From Botryllus schlosseri (Eukaryota), in assembly GCA_051294905.1 (NCBI GenBank), contig CM119371.1, positions 38,316,001 through 38,380,000 on the forward strand: 64,000 bases of DNA. Reading direction: 5' to 3'. The number at the start of each line of letters is the position of its first letter. The first letter of the stretch is position 1. Below, piece by piece: positions 27,655 through 40,419 of this stretch. Made by a program: the position numbers and the translations under genes. Below the pieces are notes generated by a model, which saw nothing but the letters and a program-made list of their open reading frames with translations, was not told the DNA's origin and made no database searches.

Positions 27655-28552
27655 CAGTGGTTCTTAACCGGGGATCCGCGAAGCATTTTCAGGGGGTCCG
27701 CGGGACAAAATAGTTGGTAACCCAATTTGTATTTATTTAAATTAGGAAAATCACGAGGCAGTTTTGCTTCATTACTGGTAAAACTCCAGGACTCACATGA
27801 GAGGAAATATCCTACTGCGCAAACTCATTTTAATATCCTACTGCGCAAACTCATTTTAATTGTTAAATTGCCTATAGCCTACTGATACAAACATATTGCT
27901 GTTTAGAAATGTTTTGTTGAGGATTGTGGAAAAATAAGAAGTAGGAAGGTCAATCACGATGACTTCGAAATGTTTGCAGGGATCCATTTTCTCCTGTAAT
28001 ATACACAACCACTATTCCATAATAAGTTCAAGATGAGATGCTAAATAAAAAAGACCAAGCTGGACGTTGTATGTTCACTTAAAATCTGTTTCTCAATTTT
28101 GGTGCCATATTTGTTGCGATCATACTCGAATGTGTTGTCAGAAGCGTTATGCGTTATTATCACGTTTATTACCACCTGTCTTTGTGGAAATGGATTTAAG
28201 GAACTCGTTCATATGAAATCGAACGCACCGATGTTCAAGACACGAACAGGCACTGTCGAGACGGCGCAGTGGTATAATCCACGGCTGTAACACCGACGGG
28301 TAGCGGGTTCGAGTCCGACCGACGTCGACTTCAGAATTCGTATACCTAAGTTTTGGAGGTTTATCTACGACGTTATTTTCAAGAAAAGTAATTTTGGTTC
28401 TGTGCATCGCCTGCCTATAGTTAATATTCACACAAGCTAAATGACGATTGCACGATAATTAAACAAAATCTTAACTAAAAGATGTGGGGGTCTGCGGGGG
28501 TCCGTGACCGTCCAAAAGGGGTACGCGAAGACAAAAAGGTTGATAACCTCTG
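27655..28552 (+). mobile_element. hAT (Buster-type) MITE
   Basis: CAGTGGTTCTTAACC ... GGTTGATAACCTCTG with perfect TSD CTCTAGTG (27647-27654, 28553-28560); contains a SINE 5' fragment at about 28255-28375. Confidence 0.85.
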
Positions 28553-28684
28553 CTCTAGTGTTTGATACGCAATACCACTACGACAGGGTGTGTCGCAAGA
28601 AATTCCGCGGCATATCACAGTTTCAATATTATTCTATTTAGATATTTTACCGACACCTTCATGGCCGTGAATAACAAAAAGGCT

Positions 28685-28947
28685 TCCCACCCCTGGCGTA
28701 GTGGTATGATCCACAGCTGCAACACCAATGGGTTGCGGGTACGAGTCCGACCGAGGTCGACTGCTGAATTCCTGCCTAAGTGTTGAAGGTTGATCTAGGC
28801 GTCTACTCGCCACGTTATCCGCGTAAGCGCTGTCTTATAAAGGGCTAGACGTCGGTAAATGCGGAATCAAAAATAAAAAGAATATCGGCCTGGTGTAAAA
28901 GGACCAATGCAGACGAAACACGATGAATATCAAACAAACAAACAAAC
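28685..28947 (+). mobile_element. tRNA-derived SINE ending in (AAAC)n
   Basis: A-box (TGGCGTAGTGGT) and B-box-like (GGGTACGAGTCC) head; homologous to 58863-59144 (minus), 28255-28375 (5' part) and about 46995-47125 (3' part). Confidence 0.75.
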
Positions 28948-29717
28948 GAGAGTGATCAATTCCGTTCCGGATGACTGCCTCGATTCCTTGCATGTCGCGG
29001 AAGAATCAGCTGACGGAAAAAATGCACACTGCAAAAGTGAACAGTGCACATATATCGCATATCGATATCCGATTTTGTCTTTTCTTCTCTTTCTCGGTTC
29101 CACGATTAGAAACGCAGCATCACGAATACCATCTCCATACGGAAGTAATATTTACTGTGAAGGATTCCAGGTTTAAGCGATGTACATTACCATTGTCATC
29201 ACACTAGTACGCAGTATTGCCTTCCTGGGTGAATCCCGTTTTCATGCACAGAAAATAACACGAAGTAGGATCGCGAACAAGATATTTACTGGCCGAGAAA
29301 AATGAGAAGTACTGAAAGAGTTTACGGAATTGTATCAGTATAAGAAATGCACAAAAATGAAATCAATATCGACAAATATGACACAATGGTCAGCACTGTA
29401 CCAAGAATTCTAAAGTTGGAGCGAATTAGTCCACACATATTACAATAGTCTCGAAAATTTCGCTTCTAGTCACGCGTCAAACCGAATCTCCGAAATAACG
29501 AGTCCGAGTCAAGTCAACGCCAGACTCGAGTCGTTGCAATACTGGTTCCGAGATTAGTATCGAATATATGACTCGAATGTTATCTCTTGGCGACGTAAAT
29601 AAGAGAGAGAGTCTCCGTATTATTGTTAGTAATAAACGCACGAAATAAGCAATCAATATAACGGATGAGTTGTCATTGTCCTAATAGTGTGATTGAACGC
29701 GGCCCAATCATTCATGG

Positions 29718-32700
29718 TTATGCTGAGGGAGGACAGTACTCGCAAACATAGAAGGCCGACGAAGAAAAACCTATTGGGAACTGAATGGTACCGTAGCTGC
29801 TACCGATTGCACTGGCGCTCTGAGCCGCATCTCCATCCCCGATCAGTGTCGTGCCGCTGTCTGTGAGGTATGGTGAGGCGACACTGTCAATTCCGTCGAA
29901 TATCTCGATCCACTGAAGATCGACTTCGTTGGCGTCTACGTCATTGTCGAAAAGAGGCAACCAAACGGTGCCCGTCAATCCCAAGTGGTTCCGGAAAAGC
30001 GCTCTAAAATTGAAAACTGCTGTATAAGTACAATTTGCAAAAAGCTGAGGAAATCACTCATAACGGTAGAGATGTACAGCACAGCAACATACTGTATATA
30101 GGCTGCAGCTAAATAAGTTGTGCTGTCCAAAATGGAGTGTTTTCAATGTCTTGTTTCTGAGTAATGGGATGCTACAATATGAAATAGACATAGTGGAGTA
30201 TCTATAGTCCCGAATAAGTCATGCATTTCCAATAGGGATGTTACTGATACTTCTGTATACATTTGACAGTTACTAAAGTTAAGGATTTTCCTTATTTTTA
30301 TTAGGAAATATCACTATCTCAAAAAATATAGCCAATTCAAGGAAACGAATGTCATTTTCGGACTCAACAGCCCCAAATACTCAGAAACCATTAAAATACC
30401 TTTGGTACTAAAAAAAGATTTTTTGTTCGCCAGTGTAATTTAACGATCTCAAAATTTAATGAAAGTTCAGAATTTTCGTCGTGCTTCACGTGTCGTGTGA
30501 CCCTCTAGTGCAGAGGCTCTCAAACTGGGGGCGCGGTGTCCTTGAAATTTTTCACCATCATAAAGGGGGAGGGGGTGTCTAAAAAAGTTTGTGAACCACT
30601 GCTCTACAGCATTCGACCGTTGATTGCCAACCATCGTGAAAACTGTCAAGCCAAAAAATATGAAATCTATTCTCCCTTTCAAAATATACTAGTTGTATTT
30701 CTCTTTATGCACGGTATCGATATACATATAGATCATCAATGTATCTGAGTTCTTTTGTCCGGAGCTCATGCACGAGTTGATAACTACGAAGTAAAATTAA
30801 ATGTAAATGGCAATTTTACGAGCTACCATATGTTTGGTTCAAGTCCGACAGTGTCCGCCACAACTCTGCATTGCTTTACGCCCGAACTACGTGCTTTATA
30901 ATACGGCAGACGGCTTCATTACATGACAAATGAAATGATCTGAAATAGATTTTTGGGTTAAAAAAAAGTAAAGAGCCGCTGTTCCAAAGCAAAGCTATGA
31001 TCTGTGTTCAATAATGCGGTCGAATTCACATGTGTGGAAACTTTGTACCTCTTGGTGGGCTACGTTGGCCTACCAGCACGGACCCATATCGCTGTACCGC
31101 CAACAGGGATCAGTTTCCAACATTTGACAGCCCTTAAGAGCGTATTTACTAGGGATGGTGTGAACGTGCGAGGTTCACGTTCGCGTTCTGTGTGTGAACC
31201 TCGGAAATTTAGAGGTTCGCGTTCACAACAGAACCTTGGTAGGTTCTGCACTGTGAACCTTATTCATATGTTACAATTTTCACTTCATTATAACATTGCT
31301 GGTTTAAATTTATTGCATGTTAACGGCAGGCCAATCTGTTCATGGCGCTGGCAGCATAAAAAAATCGACACTAAACGAGCATGCACCGTGAAAATCTCAA
31401 AAGTTTTGCTTGCTTTGTTGCAAAAGTTGGCTCGAAAGATCCAGCTTCCCGTTTGTAAATATTTAATGACTCTATGCTGCGAGCTTGACCCGCAATCACA
31501 AAACATCACGAGCGAAATAAGCTATGTAGTCAGAGAATGATGCTTATTCAACCAATCAATGAGATTGATATCGTTTTCTGATGTAAAAAAAACTAACAGG
31601 CTTACGGGGTCAATCTTCACTTCATGTTTACTGTACCATTAAAACCAAATCGGTGCGATTGACTGAATGACTTGTTAATGGGGTAATATCAGTAGCAAGC
31701 ATAGATACCCGTTTCACACTCTGCTCAATATCAATATATGATGTCGAATACATTTTCCGGTATCATATGAAAAGGTGATTCGAGTTTGACTTAAGTAAAG
31801 TCATGACTCGAGTCATCCCAACACTGCTACAAGGCTATATCTGCATCTTCCTTGCACATCATGTACTCATGGTGGGCATATGCGCAGATAGTGTGTATTT
31901 ATTTCATGATTCGGTGTATATGCGGCAAAAAACATCAAGGACAAAAATAAACTACTTTCTTTCCTGTCATTATATTCCCTGGTAAGTCCTCATCGAAATT
32001 GTTGGCAAAGCGGCGGAAGAAATTGATTTTACGAGATTAATATATCACTTGATTTCCCCCGTTGATACATTTGGCGACGTTTAAAGCGTCAGTATATAGG
32101 ATACTTCAGCATTGAGACATTATGTCGCCCGAATCGTCGCTCGGTATCATGTACAATCTGTACATTATTGTAGGCTATCATTTCATTGAAGGATAGGGTT
32201 GGAATTAGCAATATGACGTCACGTGACGTCATGAGGTTCACGTTCGTGTTCACACAGAACCTTTCAAAAAGGTTCGCGTTCACACGAACCTGAACCTTTC
32301 AGAGGTTCACACTTCACACCATCCCTAGTATTTACGACTGATTCTCCCCCAATTACTTATTTACTTGGGAGATCTTCGCATCGCTACTTCTACTTCTACT
32401 TGAAGTAGTTTTAGGATACTTTTAAAAGGACTACTTCTACTCGTAATTGGGTATATTCTAGCGTCGCTAATTCTACTTATTCATGACTAGCTTTCTTGAC
32501 TACTTTGACCACATTTGGATAGGCCTACGCCCTAGCTGTCTTTCGGGGCATTAATGTCATCTAATGATATCAGATATCTTCACTTATGATTTTTAATATA
32601 TCAACACGTAGTCACCAGATATTGAAGACTCAGAATACGGAGCAGTGATTGTACAGACGAATCAATGATGGAATACCATTTTCGGTCTTCTTGAATTGGC

Positions 32701-35700
32701 GGGGCATTCCATTATGGTAGCATGCCGTCCAGAACAATGCCGAAGAAGAGAACAAAATTACTGTTTGGTAGTAGATAGCGGAGAAGCCTTAGCAGATTTT
32801 CAATATTTGTGTGCCTATCACATAGCCTAATATATCTTTCGATATATATTGATGCTCTTACACACAACACAGTTTAGTATAACATGTTTCTCACTTTCTA
32901 TAATCTTTGCTGCTATCCGGTACAATTAAATCAGTGCTCTAGCTAGGCCAGTTCGCCTGAGTCTCGGTGATGTCAATGAATCCTTCCGAAACTCTCTGGC
33001 ACATGTGCTTACCAAGGTCATGCTTACGCAACAATGCCCCAATCCCATGGAGCCGGCGCTCGCAACGTTGGAAAAGCTGGCAAAGCTACTTGTGATAATT
33101 CCTTAAGAATCAATTTATCACCGAATATTACAGTACCCACTCTATTTCCTTTTGCAGAAACCTTGAAATTGACCGTATCGCAGCACACGAAACATGTGGT
33201 ACAAATCCACCCAAATTAGTAAAATGAGATAGCCTATCTGGGAAGTCGTGTCGAACCAACATCATTGCCACAATTGTGCAACGAAATAGGCGTTGTCCAC
33301 ACGATAGCAGATAAGCCTTAATGTAATGTAGAACAGGCATTATATACTTTGCGGTCTCAAAAAAGGTACACATTTGAACTTTTCACATATTTCATAATGT
33401 ACTGACGTCATAATGAGAATCGAATTACTCAGCTACTCGATTTCGGCAAGCCCTAGTCGCGACAGTCTTGACTCAAGTTAAAGCAAACTGCATAACTCAC
33501 ATACGATCGGCCGTGGTCCTGACGTTCTTATGGGCGAGGACGGCGCCTTTATCTTGGCAATCTGCAAAAGCCTCGCGCAAAATATTTGGAGTCATCGCTC
33601 TTTGATAGCGACATCCTTTGTATTCCTTCCAAGCCTGGAAATCGTCCTGGGACATCGGAAAGTTTTGTGAGATTCTGGACACAAATATCGAGGTCGTGAT
33701 GGCATGAGTAAAGGTTGCCCGACATTTGAGCTTGCGCGATAACAATATCCCCAACCCTCGTATAAATATCTCTACTCTAAATCGAACCCTAACTCATCCC
33801 CAGCCCAACATTTAATCTCTTTGCGCAACATCCACAAATGCCTAAATGTCGCATGCTAAAGTCGGGCATTTTATTATGTACCCCCCCCCCCTGAAATGCC
33901 CAGCCCACAGACCACGCGGCAAATCGATCGCCCCTATCGACAAGAATCGCGTCTTCAACCATCTATTCCACATACCGGAATCTGCGAGCCCGCTGTTGTA
34001 TCCGACGCCATCGTAACGGTGGTCGTCGCTGGCGAAAGCAGACCTGCGTGAAAATCTTGTCGTAAGCTGGCGGGAGTGATGTATAAGTCGATTCGTTAAT
34101 TCGCGACATCCTGGACGAAAAAGCCGTCAGATCTGTCTCGGGGTTGTAACCAAGCCAAAAGGTTCCAAGTCCCAAGTCAACTTGACTTTTTTAGTTTTAG
34201 CCAAAGAAGTCACCGTCACCATTCAAGTAGAAGTGGAAATGGCGGCTTAAAAGTAACTAAATATAGTAAGCCCATTTTTGCCTAAAAACTGAAATCTGCC
34301 AAGTAGAAATCGAAGCAGCCTGAAATCAGAACTACTCGAGAAAGTAGTGCGAGTAGGCAAAATCTTATTCAAGTGCTTAGAAAAGTAGAAGTACTTCGTT
34401 ACTGACCACATCTGGTTTTAGTTCGAGTAAAGTCGAGTCAATTTCTTTTCAACACCGAGTCAAGTCCAAGTCTTACACATGGAGCAACGGGTCGAGTCCG
34501 AGTGATATTGTTTACTGTTCAAAGTCGAGCTCATGTTATGTTCAACTCCATTCTGTGAAACCATAGTGTCCTATATCGTGTGAGCACCAGCAAATCTCAC
34601 GGATCAGTGAAATTGGTTTACGTCACACTTTCCATTTGTTCAAAGGCAATTTGACGGCTTGCCGAGCATTAAATATGATAAAACGGGTATCAGTCGAAAG
34701 CTACCGCCGTACCTATTGCAAAAATATACATTTTATTCTGCTCGTTGTCCCGGAACCCCCCTCCCCCCAAAAAAGCGCCGAATGTTGCGCTGTAACGGAG
34801 TTTGATATTGTGACGCAGCCATGCCGTCTGAGCAGCTCAGGAGCAAGCGCGCATAAGAGTGAGAGTGTGAATGGTCAATCGGTTGCGCAACAACTGCCAA
34901 TACGCTTGCGGTATGCGCTGCTGCCCACCTGCTCCAAGACGGCATTGTTGCGTCACAATACCAAACTCCGCTACAATGCTACATTCTAGGCTGATTTTGG
35001 GGGGGTTCAGGACCACGAGCAGAATAAAATTTATATTTTCGCAATCAGTACCGGTAGATTTCGATTGATACCCGTTTTATCGAATTTAATGCTCGGAAAG
35101 CCGGTCAAATATTACCGTCAAATTGCCTTTCACCAAATAGAAAGTGTGACGTAGACCAATTTCACTGAGCCATGAGATTTGCGTGTGTCCACCAGAGGTG
35201 GTCAAAGTAGTCAAGAAAGCTACTCAACTAGAAGTAGAATTAGCGACGAACAAATCTACTCAAGTACGAGTAGAAGTACTTCTTCCATAAACAACCTAAA
35301 ACTACTTGAAGTAGAAGTATAATTGACTGACTTTCAATCTACTCAAGTAAGTAAGTAGTTGTGAAAACGATCGTAATTCGCTCGCATCGATTGTCAAAAG
35401 CTGCAAATTGAGCTATGCGAAAGGGGCCGAGCTTGATTCATATTGATGCATACCAGGAGGTATCAAATTTTTGACAGCATAAGCATACGTCCACATCAGG
35501 GGATGAAAATGATAGTATGAATATGGAAATGCGATACTAATCCTCTGTTTACTCGAACCGTCCGTTTCGAAAAATATCATGGTATGTCCACTGGCGTAGC
35601 AGCATGTGCTTCCGCCCCGGCCTCTCGCTTAAAATGCCGTCCCTCTAAGTAGACCACAGCAAATTTCGACATAGATTCATATTCAAACAATCTTGTCAAT

Positions 35701-37730
35701 AAAAATAATTACAAATAATATGCCGCGTCTCAGCCTCAACGGTAATAAGGCCAAAAATAATACAGACAAGAAATAGCGAACGAATGTATCGTGCAAATAG
35801 AAAATCAACAGCCGCCTCAAAACTTAACTTTTCGGTCTTTCGCCGAAGCAAAATCAGCGATAATATCCTCAAATGCAAGTTTCTGAACATAGTCTCTTTC
35901 TATAGACAGAATGAATGGAGCTGATAGCCGATCATCATTCATGGTAGAATGTAAATTTAGCTCACGGGACGCCAGCTATAGGACTACCAATTACGCTGTT
36001 TTAGCCGGCTCTGTACAGTTTGCAGCCTCATTTTGCCGCCCCCTTGGAGCCTGCCGCCACTGGCGCAGAGCCAGAACCGTCAAGTGGCTGCTACGCCACT
36101 GGGTATGTCGCCTTCCCCCATATTATAAGGCCCGTGGTTTAGTCGAAGAGCAATATGGAGAAGTTGTATCGGATACGTTGTAAACACTCTGCGCGATTAA
36201 TAAACTTTAATTATTAATATGGTGGATCGCAAAATGCTTTAATATGTAGCTTTATTTCCGGAAATTAAAGGCATTACTACATTCGCTTTTATACTTCAAC
36301 ATGTATGTTCTCCAGACAAAAGAACTGAAACTGATTAGAACTCAAAGTACGATACTGGGAATTGAAAGAGAAATACAAATACTACTTCTGAAAGTGGAAA
36401 ATGTATTTCATGTCTTTAATCAAGAAAGCTTTAAAGATGGTATGCTAAAACAGGCCCAAAGCTAAAAAAAAGTCAGAGTCCACTTTCCAGATCTGGACAC
36501 GTCATGAGCTGCTAGATTACGACATGAGTAAATGCTAAAGTGCGAAACATCAGTTTCTAACGTTATGATGGGCCATATATATAGTGTGATGAAATATTTC
36601 ATAGGGGCGACAATGCGGTGTGAACGAAACCACACAACACGCTACCTAAATTATATCTACCGATACTTTCGTGAAATCATACTGGTCACTCCGCATTCAC
36701 TGTGCGCAAAGCGCGACGAAAATTCTGGGCTTTACTCAAGTTTTATGAAAATTAAATGATAATACTCCGTGAAATCAGCCCCGAAATCTCTCAGGCTATC
36801 TTCCTGATTGGAGGATTAAACTACTTCTATTTTACAAACTGAAAATAGCGAAAAAGTAAGCAAGTAGATCACACAATATAACGAAGTAGAAGTAGAAGTA
36901 GAAGTAGCGGGGAATTAGATCTATTTGAGTAAGTACCCAAGTTGCGGAAAACTACTTTAGTACTTCAAAAAAGTAGACGTAGTTAGTTACGGACCACCTC
37001 TGGTGTCCACACCATATAGGTCACTATGGTGAAACTCTTTAGTGATATCGAAGGCCGTGGATTCATATTATACTCATTTTTTCCCGTTCTAATCGTGTTT
37101 ATTCATACAGATAGGACAGTGTTTGGGCCTATTTTTCAATTATCAGTCTGATATGCCAGACTTGAATACGTCCCATATAGAATGCGCCCGGTCATGTGAC
37201 TTGATCGAGTCTTGCGCAACGACCCGAATACAAGTCGAGTTACTACACATATTGACATATTGTTAGGAAGATGACTCGAGTCAAGTCGAGGCAACGAAAA
37301 TTTGTAGTAGGACTTTAGTCGAGTCATCACAACCCAGCTTGACCAGTCCTGCTGGAAACAACAGTTTGACGTTCGACTTGGTACTTACGCTCGATAATTT
37401 GTAGCCACACGTACGATTCTATGAGCCGCTTGGTGTCGAACCGTGGTCGAGGAGTGGGTGCTGAGTAATACATCGGTCTGTTGATTACGGGCCCCGTGTG
37501 CTGGATTAACGCGAGGAGTTTTCATCATAAATCAAAATGAAGGGTTTCATACACATACACACACACACAATAACAGACTCACCCATCCGTGTTTACTTAT
37601 CGGCACATCCGAGGTTGCTGCAAGGAAAAGAATTTTCAAAATGATGGCGTCATCGACTGATTGATACGTAACACTCACCTCGAATACAGATCACCGTCAG
37701 AAGAAAAATAAAACCAGCAACGAATCGCAT
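29718..37730 (-). CDS. Secreted C-type lectin-like domain protein, paralog 2 (6 exons, 232 aa)
   Basis: Exons 37730-37679 (MRFVAGFIFLLTVICIR), 37617-37583, 37500-37389, 34043-33976, 33646-33501, 30003-29718. GT-AG introns with the same phases as paralog 1; 699 nt open. Confidence 0.88.
30511..30601. mobile_element. 91-bp hAT mini-MITE in intron 5 of paralog 2
   Basis: CAGAGGCTCTCAAAC ... GTTTGTGAACCACTG flanked by CTCTAGTG / CTCTACAG. Confidence 0.6.
31150..32327. mobile_element. hAT MITE (TAGGGATGGTGTGAA TIRs, GTTCAC subterminal repeats) in intron 5 of paralog 2
   Basis: Perfect TIRs and perfect TSD GTATTTAC (31142-31149, 32328-32335). Confidence 0.9.
32336..32517 (-). mobile_element. Family A MITE terminal fragment
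   Basis: CTACTTCTACTTCTACTTGAAG...CTTGACTACTTTGACCACATTTG matches the end of 9186-10503. Confidence 0.6.
33718..33866. mobile_element. Small foldback/MITE with internal AACCCT motifs in intron 4 of paralog 2
   Basis: GCCCGACATTTGAGCTTGCG vs CGCATGCTAAAGTCGGGC inverted ends; interior contains CCCCAACCCT and GAACCCTAAC. Confidence 0.45.
34202..34414 (+). mobile_element. Short family A-related hAT MITE in intron 3 of paralog 2
   Basis: Ends GTAGAAGTACTTCGTTACTGACCACATCTG; flanked by GTTTTAGC / GTTTTAGT. Confidence 0.6.
35193..37002 (+). mobile_element. hAT MITE family A in intron 3 of paralog 2 (contains a nested element)
   Basis: CAGAGGTGGTC ... GACCACCTCTG, perfect TSD GTGTCCAC (35185-35192, 37003-37010). 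Confidence 0.9.
35589..36101. mobile_element. Nested 513-bp hAT deletion derivative (family B)
   Basis: CACTGGCGTAGCAGC ... GCTGCTACGCCACTG, perfect TSD GGTATGTC; both ends homologous to 40272-42169; empty site in family A copy at about 590-600. Confidence 0.88.
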
Positions 37731-38029
37731 CTCGGTCTATTGCAGAACTAATGAGATAAATCTCAGTCTGTAGAGTAATGAGATCATAATTTATGGAAAG
37801 TCTTGGAGTCAGTCATGACGAGATCCGGTTTGGAATAGCGGTCTTATGAGATCACAGGTATAAATGCCAAATGGTCATAATAATTCGAGGACTAGAATTT
37901 GAATTGAATATTAGCGTTGAGTAGTGAGAGATGATATTTTCGAGAAATAATTTTATACATTCTTTCCACTAAAAAATAATTTATCAACGAGAATGATAGT
38001 TTTCATACAATTTTCCTATGTGCCTAGAA

Positions 38030-38778
38030 CAGTGGTTCTCAACCTTTTTCTCTTATCGGCCCCATTTTGAACCGTCACGAACTTCCGTGGACCACAAGTT
38101 TTAGTTCAAATTTAGCTCAATTACCTGCAACCGTCATCTGTCTTGTGCAAATGCTAACTGTAGGCTAGTGATAAATAGCAATAAAATGACTTTTCTTGAA
38201 TATAACAGCATACTAGTTATGTAGAAATAGGGAACACTTTTGTTATTTTAAACCGAATTGTGTAGCTGCATTTCCTGAAATACGCGGCCGTATCTTGAAA
38301 ATCAATGTGCCGAATATGTGCCTAGAATCCATTTCCATATAGATAGGTGGCGACGAATACAATAATAACACGTGACGCTTCCGACGACACTTTTGGGTAT
38401 GATCGCAACATATATGGTACCAAAATCAAGAATCAGATTTTTTATGAAGATATAACGTCAAGCCCGATCATTTCTATTTTGCAGCTCATCTGGAAGAGCG
38501 GGTATGTATATTACAGGAGAAAATCTATTTTTGCATGAATTTTTTTCCAAAATTTCAGCAAAACACCTCTAAGCAGCAATATGTTGGTATTAGTTGGCTA
38601 TTGGCTATTTGGAAATGAAAACGAGTTTGCAAAGTAAAGTATTTCATGTTACAAAGCGAAACTGCCTAGTGATTTCTTTAGTTTAAAAATACAGATTTGG
38701 TTATTAATAATTTTTCAAATTTGGAGGTTTCTTGGACCCCCTGAAAATGCTTCGCGGACCCCAGGTTGAGAACCACTG
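38030..38778 (-). mobile_element. hAT (Buster-type) MITE upstream of paralog 2
   Basis: CAGTGGTTCTCAACC ... GGTTGAGAACCACTG, perfect TSD GCCTAGAA; its right end is the reverse complement of the left end of 27655-28552. Confidence 0.85.
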
Positions 38779-40419
38779 GCCTAGAAGCCTCGATAGGTCG
38801 CATTGCAGCATACCAAACATGCAGTACACGAGTACACAAGTTATTGAAAATGAAGTCGTAATCAACCCACGGCAGGTACATATTTAAACTTTCCACAGCT
38901 TCACATAACGTCACAAAGAATAATTCTCGAATACATAACTCGACTAGAAACTCAACACTCGATTTGGAATCGACTCTCTCAGATACTCAATTTTATCCAG
39001 CCCTAGTCACAGGGCGTGTCGTCCTGCCGATTCTTCACTGCCGATGATGCTCACATGTATTGATCTTAAGCCAGAGGTGGAATCAGGCCGTGTGCATCGA
39101 GTCCGAACAAACCCGAATCCAACAGGTTTCAATCTGAGCCCGACGCTACGGTTGACTGTATTCCGATGCGAGCCAAATAGATATTTTCAAATGGCGAATC
39201 AAGGCTAATAGACGGAAGATAATATTTGGGACTGCGGAGGAAAATTGCGTACCTGAGTAATACGATTATTAATCGAGCATTAGGATTCGAGTCTAATCAA
39301 GTATTCGAACATCACCACTCGTTACGACGCCATAACAGTATATGGAAGATGTGAAAAGCCCCTACATCCCCTTTATGCCAGCCAGTGGTGACTATTGGAC
39401 TGCTCAGGAGTGCCGCGGTAAAATGTGATAAACAAAGTCGACATATACCAAGAAATAAGGAATCCAAATTATGAGTGTGGCATAATCGGTGAATATATTT
39501 TACCCACTCAAGACACGCAATGTACAATGCGGCACAATGAACAGATGGGGAGAATGTCGACACGTTTTTCAATTTGGCATCCCCATCCACCTAATGCCAG
39601 TGTTCGATTTTCATCCTTTTTTAGGCTAGGGCGCTCTTTTCATTCTCCTCAGTGGAGTGGTCCTCGATCAGGTCTTTCATTATTTTTCAGAAGACGATAC
39701 GAGTACAACGACGTACGGTAAGACAGCCTCATACAAGCCCCGAGCGCTACGGAACGTTCTACTAATAAGAATGAAAAAACGGGCCTCCATCGTATATGGT
39801 GGCGGTACGTTAACTCGTCCACATTAGTAGCATTGTTGAGCAACGTACGACTACGCTACTCTCCACTCAAGGAACTCGAAGTGCTATAGGGGACCGAGAA
39901 CTATTTGCCCTTTGAGACGGTGCCGCGTGGTCGAACGGGTTGAAAATCCCTGCTTTATGCTAACACAAAGAATATAATTCTAGTTCTACTTATCATCAAA
40001 TATATTCCGGCATTTTATCTACCGTGCCTATTTCATAGCACTTTGTGACGATGCTGTGCGTTGATCACGACCTCGCAGAAATATCATTTCCAGTAACATA
40101 CGTAGCTTTGCACTCTGTGTTTCGTATTATGTGATTCGATCGAAAGGCTGTTTCGGGACCTCCACTACGGAAACGTCTATAGAAACTGTAATTTACGCGA
40201 GAACATTAACTCTAGTGACACGGATCGCATAATTTCCGTACTTGAAATAATCATCTCTCACTATTCTGCACCACTGGCGTAGCAGCATGTGCTACCGCCC
40301 CTGGCTCTCGCCTAAGATGCCGCCCTTCCCCCTCCTAAGTAGAACACAGCAAATTTCGATATAGATTCATGTTCAAGCAGTCTCGTCAATAAAAATAATT
40401 ACAAGTAATATGCCGCGTC

